Shown here piece by piece: positions 12,611-21,386 of a stretch of 64,000 bases of DNA. Position numbers and translations under genes: made by a program. The notes under the pieces were generated by a model. The model saw only the letters and a list, made by a program, of their open reading frames with translations. It searched no databases and was not told where the DNA came from. The stretch lies in NCBI GenBank assembly GCA_016719785.1, contig JADJYJ010000010.1, positions 1-64,000 of the forward strand. Reading direction: 5' to 3'. Source of the stretch: Candidatus Amarolinea dominans. GTDB taxonomy: Bacteria > Chloroflexota > Anaerolineae > SSC4 > Amarolineaceae. Numbering within the stretch: the first letter of the stretch is position 1; each line of letters opens with the position of its first letter.

Positions 12611-12820
12611 ATGAAAGCAAAAACAGAATGGCGAGTACGGATGGAACGCCAAGCCCATCGAGATGCCATGCACAGACTGAAAGCCGCTTATCAGAAATTG
12701 AGTCAAGAAACAGAGCCGAAGGAGGTTCGTAATGAAACAGACAGCTGCGTTGTATGCCCGTGTTTCGACGCAACGCCAGGAAGAGGAGGCCACGATAGCC
12801 AGCCAGGTGGCGGCGATTGA
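12611..12820 (+). CDS. Small basic protein overlapping the recombinase start, possibly a recombinase accessory or regulatory protein
   Basis: AGGAGG lies 7 nt upstream of the ATG at 12611. The ORF reads through the recombinase RBS and start, suggesting translational coupling. Confidence 0.35.
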   Translation: MKAKTEWRVRMERQAHRDAMHRLKAAYQKLSQETEPKEVRNETDSCVVCPCFDATPGRGGHDSQPGGGD

Positions 12821-14307
12821 AGAATGTCCCACCCACGAGGGTACGCCTTGCGAAAGGACTTGTATTTTCTGGACGAGGCGGTGAGCGGGGCGAAATTGGA
12901 TCGTCCGGCGCTGGATCGGTTACGAGACCGAGAAGGTGAAGGCTGTTACCAGGTGGTGATCTGCCTGAGTCCAGATCGGTTGGCAAGGGTGTACATGTTG
13001 CAGGTGCTTCTGCTGGAAGAATTTCGGCAAGCCGGGATACAAATGTTGTTTGTGAACCAGCCTCCGGTGAGCGATAGCCCGCAGAGCCAACTGTTGTTCG
13101 GCATTCAAGGGTTGTTTGCCGAGTATGAACGGGCTGTGATTGCCGAACGGATGCGGCGAGGGCGTCTGCATTGCGCACGTCAGGGAGCAATGGTCAACCC
13201 AAAGACCCCATATGGGTATGATTACGTGCCCAAAACAGGGAGGGAAGGCGGGCGTTGGGAAATCAATGCCGAAGAAGCCAGGGTCGTGCGTCAAATTTAC
13301 GCCTGGTATACCCAATCCGAGCCGATGACTATTCAAGAAATCACAGATCGCTTGAATCGAGACGGCCTCCAACCGCGTCGCGGGAAGTGCTGGCGCAGTA
13401 GCCTGATTGAAACATCCTGCGACAAACCCAATATACCGGATTGGCTTACTACAATCGCACCGAAAAGGTGTATCATGAGGTGGGGCGATTGCGTAAAATT
13501 GGGCATGGCAAGCGTCTTTGCCCGGTGAGTATGCTTCGCCCCACAGAAGAATGGATTGCCATTCCCGTCCCCAGCATTTTGGACAAGGATATCTGGCGCA
13601 TGGCACAAGAACGACTGAAAACGAACCAGCGATTCTCAATGCGCAACAATCGCAACCACCGCTATCTCCTGCGCGGCTTGTTGATTTGCGCCACTTTTAG
13701 CCATACACTCACCGCCCCGCTGGGAATGGCTATTTTTCCTGGCTGTGGCTATGGCGGTGTTCACCGTGCCCCCGATACGCCTGAGCATACCTGCCGCATT
13801 GACGGCAACACCGTTGAAACCCTGGTTTGGAACGCAGTGGTGGAGCTTTTGAAAAATCCCAAACTGATTTCCCAAGCGTGGGGCTGCGATGAAGCTGCCA
13901 ACATCGAGCAAGGTGAGAAAGAGCGGTTGGAAAATCGCTTGCGATCGCTCGACCGTCAGCAAGAACGTCTGCTGGACTTGTACCAAGATGAGCAGATCGA
14001 AAAGCCATCCTACCTGGTGCGCAAACAACGTCTGGATGAGGAGCAAAAAAACATTCAAACGCGCCTTCTGCAAATCGAGCAAGAGGCCAAGTCCGAACAA
14101 ATCAAGCAGGAATTGATCGAAGATTTCCAGCAATATTGCCAGCGTATCCAGGAAAACCTTGCAAATCCCAGCCCGGATTTACAACAGGAAGTGATTCGGT
14201 TGTTAATTGATCACGTTGTTGTCGGAAAAAATGAAATCGTGATCAAGCACATCGTCCCGACCGATGATGATTGTCGTTTGAAACCACAACGTCTTTGCGT
14301 TGAATAA
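12732..14307 (+). pseudogene. Large serine recombinase (resolvase domain + recombinase domain + zinc ribbon/coiled coil), split by two frameshifts
   Basis: GGAGG then ATG at 12732 gives MKQTAALYARVSTQRQ, with the catalytic Ser in the resolvase N-terminus. The frame changes at about 12830, where a GGG homopolymer sits. It continues in ORF 12824-13528 (VFVNQPP..., DRLNRDG) and changes again near 13440 into ORF 13441-14307 (AYYNRTEKV, Cys-containing zinc-ribbon region and a long coiled coil). Confidence 0.8.
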
Positions 14308-14470
14308 CGATTTTTACACAAGGGCGTGGTGCAGGAAAGCGCGCGCTTTCCGAAAAATGAACAAGAAGTGAGCACTGTTCGATCTGTTCACAGAGCATCA
14401 TTCGCGTGTATCCTGGGGTCACTGATGATCGGTACGAGGCCGATGTCAATCACCGGCAGGAGATGCAATC

Positions 14471-15058
14471 ATGACGAACCCAGGCGCCGAGAGACCGCTT
14501 TCCAATTCCAATCCCAACACTCATGCCGCCGTTCTCGACGCCAGCCTGGCCGGTCTGTTGACAGCCCGCGTATACTATTCTTTTACCACCATCTGGCAAC
14601 TCGCCGCACCGGTTGCCCCCATCTGGACGGCGATTACCGAGGTTGAGCGATGGCCGCAGTGGTGGCGGGGGGTCGAGGCGGTCGTCCGCCTGCGCCGCGG
14701 GGACAGCCGCGGGATCGGCGCCGCCCACCACTACACCTGGAAGAGCAAGCTGCCTTATCGTCTCACCTTCGTGATGGAGACAACCTGCATCGAACCGTTC
14801 CGGCGCATCGAGGGCCGCGCCACAGGCGAGTTGGAAGGGACCGGTTACTGGACCTTCAGCGAAGCCAATGGCATCACGACTGCGCGCTACGATTGGAACG
14901 TGACGACCACCAAGCGCTGGATGAATCTCCTGGCGCCGCTCGCGCGACCGTTCTTCGCCTGGAACCACGACATCGTCATGGCGTGGGGCCGCGAAAGGGC
15001 TGTCCGCCTTACTGACTGCGCCCCTGCAAGCCTGGCCTCGACGGCCAGCCAGGCCTGA
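14471..15058 (+). CDS. SRPBCC superfamily protein (polyketide cyclase / dehydrase-like, COQ10-like)
   Basis: [14 protein letters not shown] followed by a beta-grip-like body typical of PF10604/PF03364. Confidence 0.65.
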   Translation: MTNPGAERPLSNSNPNTHAAVLDASLAGLLTARVYYSFTTIWQLAAPVAPIWTAITEVERWPQWWRGVEAVVRLRRGDSRGIGAAHHYTWKSKLPYRLTFVMETTCIEPFRRIEGRATGELEGTGYWTFSEANGITTARYDWNVTTTKRWMNLLAPLARPFFAWNHDIVMAWGRERAVRLTDCAPASLASTASQA

Positions 15059-15146
15059 GGTGCGCAGTCAGGGCGGCGCCTCCGCGCAAGACCTGTCGAA
15101 TGGCCGCAAGCGCCATCTTCAATATCCTGGTAACGAGGTATCATCT

Positions 15147-15761
<615 letters not shown>

Positions 15762-15776
15762 TAGGAGCAAGAAACC

Positions 15777-16057
15777 ATGTACGGCACGATTGCACGGATC
15801 AAAATTGACCCGACCAGGATCGAGGAATTGAAGGCGTTGGGTGACAGCATGGGCGTGGCGCCCGGTCAGGTCACGCTTGCGTTTACCAGATGGACGCCGA
15901 CCCCGGCGAGCTGTTCCTGGTGGCTGTGTTCGAGAGCAAGGAGGCCTACTGGGCCAACGCCCAAAGCCCGGAGCAGAGCGAGCGCTTCATGCAGTTGCGC
16001 GCCTTGCTGCTGGCTGACCCCGAATGGCACGACGGCGCGATCGTCAGCGTGGCTTGA
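15777..16057 (+). pseudogene. ABM (antibiotic-biosynthesis-monooxygenase/Dabb-like) small protein, frameshifted at about 15890
   Basis: [23 protein letters not shown]... continues in another frame as YQMDADPGELFLVAVFESKEAYWANAQSPEQSERFMQLRALLLADPEWHDGAIVSVA*. Confidence 0.5.
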
Positions 16058-16078
16058 CGAATTGATTGGGGGCGGGGC

Positions 16079-16264
16079 ATGGCCCATCAGACGATAGAAA
16101 CCGTTATCGTGGGCGGTGGACAGGCCGGGCTGGCAACCAGCTACTGGCTCTGCTGTTGGGTGTCGGGGACGATGCGGCGTTCATCGCCGAACACATCGCC
16201 GCGCGCTGGGACTGACAGAACGCACCTGCTCAGCCGGCGGCGGCCGCAGGCGAGCGCACGATGA
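16079..16264 (+). pseudogene. N-terminal remnant of an FAD-dependent oxidoreductase (flavin monooxygenase-like)
   Basis: MAHQTIETVIVGGGQAGLATSYWL is a GxGxxG FAD-binding start. The remainder is out of frame or absent. A palindromic repeat follows. Confidence 0.4.
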
Positions 16265-16298
16265 GCATCAGCCATTGATTGACCGAAAGAGTGCTGAA

Positions 16299-16385
16299 CT
16301 ATGCTGCAAGCGGGCACGAATTGCGCCTGTTTCCGCCGGCAGAAGAGTGAAGTCTATTCCCACTTGCAGTATACCTCGCCTGTCC
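16299..16385. repeat. Palindromic MITE/REP-like element copy A (about 85 bp, ends TGCAAGCGGG...CC(G/A)CTTGCA)
   Basis: ctatgctgcaagcgggcacgaattgcgcc...gaagtctattcccacttgcagtatacc. A second copy lies at 58341-58417. Confidence 0.7.
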
Positions 16386-16420
16386 GCGCACAGCGCTAAC
16401 CCTGCGCTGGCCGAAGCGCC

Positions 16421-16870
16421 TCAATCGCGCCGCGGCTGGTCGAGCAGGCGGTTGGTCAGCGCGGGGCCGATGATCATGACCAGCGCGGCGATGGCCCGGC
16501 CGGTCTGAGTCACCGCGAAGATGTCGGCGTAGCCCACCGAGGCGCAGGTGGCGATGTAATAGAAGGCATCGGTGTAGGTGGCGATTCTAGGGTTGGCGTG
16601 TTGTTCGGCGCGATAAAAGGCCCACGCGGCCGCTCCGAGGAATTGCACGGCTGCATCGAACGGGTTTTTCGCGACCCAGTCCAAGAGCCGCGCCTCGACA
16701 TGCGTCTTGCGCGCCTGCAGAGACTGCAAGGTGGCTCCGAGATCAGCGCCCGAAACGCCCAGCCACGTCTGCAACAGATCAGGCGCCGGCGTTGGCGTGC
16801 TGGCGGATGCTGCCGGCAGCCGGCGCAGTAAATCGGTCAGCGCTTGCTCTTGTTCTGGGGTCAGCGCCAT
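16421..16870 (-). CDS. Small 2-TM ion-channel family protein (K+-channel pore fold, filter SVGYAD)
   Basis: YYIATCASVGYADIFAVTQTGRAIAALVMIIGP is a pore helix, filter and TM2. It is the last gene of the flotillin operon. Confidence 0.6.
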   Translation of the reverse strand: MALTPEQEQALTDLLRRLPAASASTPTPAPDLLQTWLGVSGADLGATLQSLQARKTHVEARLLDWVAKNPFDAAVQFLGAAAWAFYRAEQHANPRIATYTDAFYYIATCASVGYADIFAVTQTGRAIAALVMIIGPALTNRLLDQPRRD

Positions 16871-17519
16871 GATGATTCCTCGGTCCTCGGTCGCGTCTGC
16901 GCCACTTCGCGGCGGGCTGCAATGCGGTCCTCAGCCTGGGCGATCTGCTCCTGACGCCGGCGCAGCTCGACCTGGATTTCCGCGGTCCGATGATCCTGCT
17001 CGCGCTGTGCCCGCGTCAGCGTTTCCACGGCGCCGGCCGTGCGTTCTCCCACGTTTCCAGGGCCTCGCGCTTTCGTCGCGCCTCAAGCAGGCGGGCCTCC
17101 TGGGTTTGGGCCGTCGCGGTCAGCTCGTCCAGAACCTGGGTGCAGGCCCGCTGCAGCTCTGCCCACTCCTGTACGCGGGCCTGACTTTGTTGCCGTGCGG
17201 CCAGGTGCCGGCGCGCCTGGTCCTCCTCGCCCGCCAGTAGCGCAGCATCCACCGCCGCATCCAGGCGGTTGACCTCGGCCAGGGCGGCTTGCCAGGCTAA
17301 CTCCACGCGCTTGCGCCGGGCCACGGCCGCGTGGCGCTGCGTCTGCAGGTCATCCAGCCGGGTTTGCGCCTCGGCGAGCAGGGCGTTCAGGCGATCGTCG
17401 GCCGCCCGGTCGCGCGACGTTGATCCCCGCGGCCTGTCCGCCCCGGCCTCATCGCCCTCGCCGAACAGGTCCCGCAGGATCGTTTGCCACCACGCGGCCA
17501 GCCATGCCCTCAACTTCAT
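16861..17519 (-). pseudogene. PspA/IM30-like coiled-coil protein, frameshift at about 17040
   Basis: ORF 17016-17519 (MKLRAWLAAWWQTILRDLFGEGDEAG... long heptad coiled coil) continues in ORF 16861-17052 after a frame change. Confidence 0.5.
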
Positions 17520-17545
17520 CGCTCATGACCTCCTGCAGCGACCGG

Positions 17546-19618
17546 TCAATGGGTTGCCATGCGCAGATAGAGGTCCTCGAAGGGCAGGTCGTTGAGCACC
17601 GGCAGCTGCGCCAACGCCCGCTGCGCCTTCTCAACCAGCGTGCGTTCGTCGCCGGACACCTTCTGACCCACCAGGGCTAGAATCTCACCCAGGCTCTTGC
17701 CCTTGACCTTGTTCAAGTCCACGCTCTTCTCGGCCACACGCATCACCTCAGGCACCAGGGCCGCCAGTTCTTCGATGCTGGTGCCCGGCGCCGCGGCCTT
17801 GCCGCTCTCCGTAGCCGCCATGCGCACCAGGCTATCGCCGGCTGGATCGCCAGTCGCCCGGTTGATCAACTGCTGGCCAATCTCCCGCACCGGCTCGGGC
17901 GCGGCCCTGATCACTTCACCGATGCCGTCGGCCAGCGTCACCAGGCGCAGCAGGGAAGCGGCCGCGTTCGGATCGCCGATCAGCTTGATATTCATGGACG
18001 CGAGGGCCGAGCCAAGCGCCTGGGCCTTGGCGATCTCGATGCGTACCTGGGCATCCAGTTGCAGCTTCAGCATTTCCACGCGCTGCGCCACGCCGTCGAA
18101 CGCGGCCAGCGCCTCGGCCTTGGCCTTGGCACTCTCGGCCTCGGCCAGGCCGCGGGCGCGTATCGCCTCGGCCTCGCGCATGGCCGCATCGGCCTTGGCC
18201 TTCATGACATCGGCCTCTGCCAGGCCGACCGCCGACGAGGTCGCCTTCGTGCCCTCCGCGCGCAACTTCGACGCCTCCGCCTCGGCCTGGGCTTGGGTGC
18301 GCAGCGTGTCGGCCTGTTTGAGCGCCGCTTCGGCTTCGGCCGCGGCGATCTCTTTCAAGGCTTTGGCCTGCGCTTCGGCCTCGCGCTGCTTGCGCAGCGC
18401 ATCCAGCTCGATGCGATTCTTCTGTTCGATGACCGCTTTCTGCGCCTCGCGCTCGGCCTCGATCACGCGGATTCTGGCTTCGCGCTGCGCTGTCTGCGTG
18501 GCCTGCACCGTCACCACCGCCTGCGCCGCCTCCTCGCGTGCGGCCGAGACCAGCAGGCGATCCTTCTCGGCGCCCTCGCGTTTTTGCTGCTCGGTCAGAA
18601 CGATGATCTGGCGCTGCTGTTCTGCCATTTCGATGGCCTGGCGTCGCGTCACCTCGGCCCCCATCACCTCTTGCTGTTTGCGCTCATTCTGGATGGCAAG
18701 CTGTTGGTCGCGCTCGATTTCCATCAGCGCCACGGCCCGTTCCTTGGCCACGCGCGCCGCTTCCGATTTTTGTATTTCCTCGTACTCGCGTAGCTCGGCC
18801 TGCGCCTTTTCCACCGCCTGGCTTGTCCGCACCTCGCGTGACTGGGTGGCGGACGCCAGGGCCAGTTCACGATCCAGGTTGAGTCGCAGCCGCGCGGTGT
18901 CGGTATCGCGCTGCTTGATCTCGATCTCCGCGGTGCGTTCGATGTCGTTACGCTCGCGCAGCGCCTGCTGAATGACCTGGGCGTTGGCGCGCGCCACCTG
19001 GGCGCCGAAGACATCATCGGTGCCGAACGATCCCTGCCGCGCGGCGCGCAGGGTCAGCACCGACACCGATTCGAGCACCAGGCCGTTTTCCTCCAGGTCG
19101 GTCTTGAGCCGATTCTGCACCTCCTGGATGAACTTCTCGCGTTCCTGGTGCAGGCTCATCAGCGTGAAGGAGGCCGCCACGTCGCGCAGCGCGCCATCCA
19201 GCTTGGCTTCGACCAGCTGCTTGACCGCGTTGACATCCACCTGCTTGCTGCCGATGGTGCGCGCGGCGTCAATGATACCTTCGACGGTGGGGTTGACTTT
19301 GACGTAAAAGATGGCCTTGATGTCCGCGTACTGCGGGTCTTTGGTGAGAAGGGCGTTGTTTTCGGTGCGTTCGATGTCAATCGCCATCGTGCCCAGGTCA
19401 ACCCAGGTGATTTCATGGATGGCCCGGAACACCCAGGCGCCGCCGTTCATCACCACCTTGGGCGGGTTATTGACCTTTTGCGACAGGCCGCCCGTGCGCA
19501 CGAACGAACGATTGGCCGGCGTTTTGACATAAGAGCGCATGACGGAGCGCACGAGGACCAAGAGGAGCAAGAGCACAACTGCAAGAATCACGGAACCATA
19601 GACAACGGCTATCTGCAT
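17546..19618 (-). CDS. Flotillin-like SPFH/band-7 protein (YqiK/FloT type), 690 aa
   Basis: N-terminal TM, SPFH domain and the very long Ala/Glu/Gln-rich coiled coil (EAEREAQKAV...) typical of bacterial flotillins. Confidence 0.85.
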   Translation of the reverse strand: MQIAVVYGSVILAVVLLLLLVLVRSVMRSYVKTPANRSFVRTGGLSQKVNNPPKVVMNGGAWVFRAIHEITWVDLGTMAIDIERTENNALLTKDPQYADIKAIFYVKVNPTVEGIIDAARTIGSKQVDVNAVKQLVEAKLDGALRDVAASFTLMSLHQEREKFIQEVQNRLKTDLEENGLVLESVSVLTLRAARQGSFGTDDVFGAQVARANAQVIQQALRERNDIERTAEIEIKQRDTDTARLRLNLDRELALASATQSREVRTSQAVEKAQAELREYEEIQKSEAARVAKERAVALMEIERDQQLAIQNERKQQEVMGAEVTRRQAIEMAEQQRQIIVLTEQQKREGAEKDRLLVSAAREEAAQAVVTVQATQTAQREARIRVIEAEREAQKAVIEQKNRIELDALRKQREAEAQAKALKEIAAAEAEAALKQADTLRTQAQAEAEASKLRAEGTKATSSAVGLAEADVMKAKADAAMREAEAIRARGLAEAESAKAKAEALAAFDGVAQRVEMLKLQLDAQVRIEIAKAQALGSALASMNIKLIGDPNAAASLLRLVTLADGIGEVIRAAPEPVREIGQQLINRATGDPAGDSLVRMAATESGKAAAPGTSIEELAALVPEVMRVAEKSVDLNKVKGKSLGEILALVGQKVSGDERTLVEKAQRALAQLPVLNDLPFEDLYLRMATH

Positions 19619-19693
19619 CGTCGGAATCTCCCTGAAACTGGGGCCGGTGGGGTGAGGTGCGCCGGCCTGGCGGAAGCTGTCAAAGAAAAACGT

Positions 19694-20500
19694 TCAGCGA
19701 CCCGCGTCGCGCAGCGGGGGTTGCGCCAGCGTGACGATGTAGCGGCGGTGAACCGGGTCGTAAGTCAACAGGATCACCTCAGAGCCGCGCTTGATGGCTG
19801 CTTCGCCCTGCACGACCGCGAAAATGGTGATCAACGTGTTGCCCGCGTCGCGCAGATGGACCATGCCATACTGGTCGTCCACGAACGGGCTGATGACCGT
19901 GCCGTGGGTACCCACCAGACTCTGCGCGCGACTGGCCGTGGTGCTGATGGGCGGCAGCGCGTGGCCCACCCAGCGCGCCATGCGTGCGGTCACCAGGCTG
20001 CCTATGACCAGCGCGGTCGGCAGCACCGCGAACAGCGCGGGGCCGGGGTACACCCCGGTGGCGCCAGCCAGCAGGCCGTTCAACAGCCAACCCAGCAGGG
20101 CCACCGATTCGAACAGGATCAGTAAGACCACCAGCAGCGGCGCCTTACCCGCGCCCAGGAAAGCCAGCAGCGAAAAACTGCCGGACGCGCCGGCGCCGCT
20201 CTCATGCTCGGCCGCGTGGCCGCCATCCGCCGCGTGATCGAGGTCTGCGCCATGATCGAGGTGAGCGTCGTGATCCAGCCCGGCATCATGATCGAGATGA
20301 ACGTCATGGTCCAGGCCGGCATCGTGATCGAGGTCCGCGCCCTGATCGACGTCCGCGTCGTGGTCTGCATCCCCGTGCGCGTCATCGCCCGCGCCCAGCC
20401 CGGTCAACTGCAGGCCGGCGAGCAGAATCCCCATGGCGAACAGCACCGTGAAAGGCAGGTTATACCAGGCAAAGGCAAAAGCGAGAAGATCACGCAGCAT
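19694..20500 (-). CDS. NfeD-like (YqiJ/DUF1449) membrane protein with OB-fold C-terminus and an internal His/Asp-rich repeat
   Basis: TM helices, a (D/H)HDAGLDH octad repeat and a C-terminal beta-barrel (VISPFVDDQYGMVHL...EVILLTYD). The position directly upstream of flotillin is canonical. Confidence 0.75.
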   Translation of the reverse strand: MLRDLLAFAFAWYNLPFTVLFAMGILLAGLQLTGLGAGDDAHGDADHDADVDQGADLDHDAGLDHDVHLDHDAGLDHDAHLDHGADLDHAADGGHAAEHESGAGASGSFSLLAFLGAGKAPLLVVLLILFESVALLGWLLNGLLAGATGVYPGPALFAVLPTALVIGSLVTARMARWVGHALPPISTTASRAQSLVGTHGTVISPFVDDQYGMVHLRDAGNTLITIFAVVQGEAAIKRGSEVILLTYDPVHRRYIVTLAQPPLRDAGR

Positions 20501-20733
20501 TGCACACCTCAGGCACAGCAGACCCCGTCCGCGCCGACTGACAGAATTTCGACGCCGATCACAGACCGCATTTTACCACCAGGTCGCAGCAGCCGTCAAA
20601 GCAAGTTGAGGACGAGTGCGGAGTTGAGCCAGCGGACGATGTCCCCGCGTGCCGTGGCATACGTGCGCAGACCGCCGGCGTTCCTGTTTGCACAGCACGT
20701 TGATGAGTTCGGTTGTAGACGCTCCGTTTTAGT

Positions 20734-21222
20734 TCAACTCAGTCCCTTTTCAAACATCCCCTGGTAAGGCCCTTCGGCCCCGCAGTGCTGGCAGGGTAGC
20801 GAGACGCCATAGGTGCATTTGTTGCAGCGTTCGCAGTGCCATTCCCGCCAATCCCGACACTGGCCGCAGACCTCACAGTGCCAGGTGCAGCTATCCTGGA
20901 CGACACTCTGCCAGCAAAAAGAGTACCAGTACACCTCGCTGCACCCCTGGCAGGTATAGTCATCGAGCAGCGACCTGAGCGGTACGTGCTCACACCCGCA
21001 CGGCAGTTCGTGTTCCTCTGCCAGCTCCTTCTCCGACAGCTCTTGGAACTCCTCGATATTCTGGATGGCGCAAACAGAAAGGGCGTCAACGTCCACGCCG
21101 TTCAACGGATTGTGGCAGTCGGCGCCGGTGCAGTTCTCGTCGCATGGCTCGTTGTTTTTCAAGCACGCGCAGCGCCTGTTGCGGCAGCCGGTTTTGCAGT
21201 TACAGTGAAATTCCTTCTTCAT
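20734..21222 (-). CDS. Cysteine-rich zinc-finger protein (CXC/CRC-like N-terminal motif + CHY-zinc-finger-like C-terminus), about 162 aa with 23 Cys
   Basis: The N-terminal Cys spacing and the two HCxxCxxC units are laid out under the Cys-rich-protein finding. Start taken at MKKEF after the GAGGAA RBS. Confidence 0.6.
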   Translation of the reverse strand: MKKEFHCNCKTGCRNRRCACLKNNEPCDENCTGADCHNPLNGVDVDALSVCAIQNIEEFQELSEKELAEEHELPCGCEHVPLRSLLDDYTCQGCSEVYWYSFCWQSVVQDSCTWHCEVCGQCRDWREWHCERCNKCTYGVSLPCQHCGAEGPYQGMFEKGLS

Positions 21223-21386
21223 TTCATTCCTCAGTAGTTTTGCACTTTTAACATAGGGCCAGATTGGACGGCCAGCGTTCTCCCGGTTAGAGTTAGGTTC
21301 ATGGTATCTCAACAAGCGTGTCTGGCGAACCACCCGCCAACGTGGCTGGGACCTGACTGGTGGTTGGTGTTGCGGAAACGGGCTGC

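Noticed and set aside
17697-18971. 424-aa plus-strand ORF opposite flotillin
   Set aside because: It is antisense to the flotillin coiled-coil region and Ser/Ala/Arg-rich. It is a shadow ORF.
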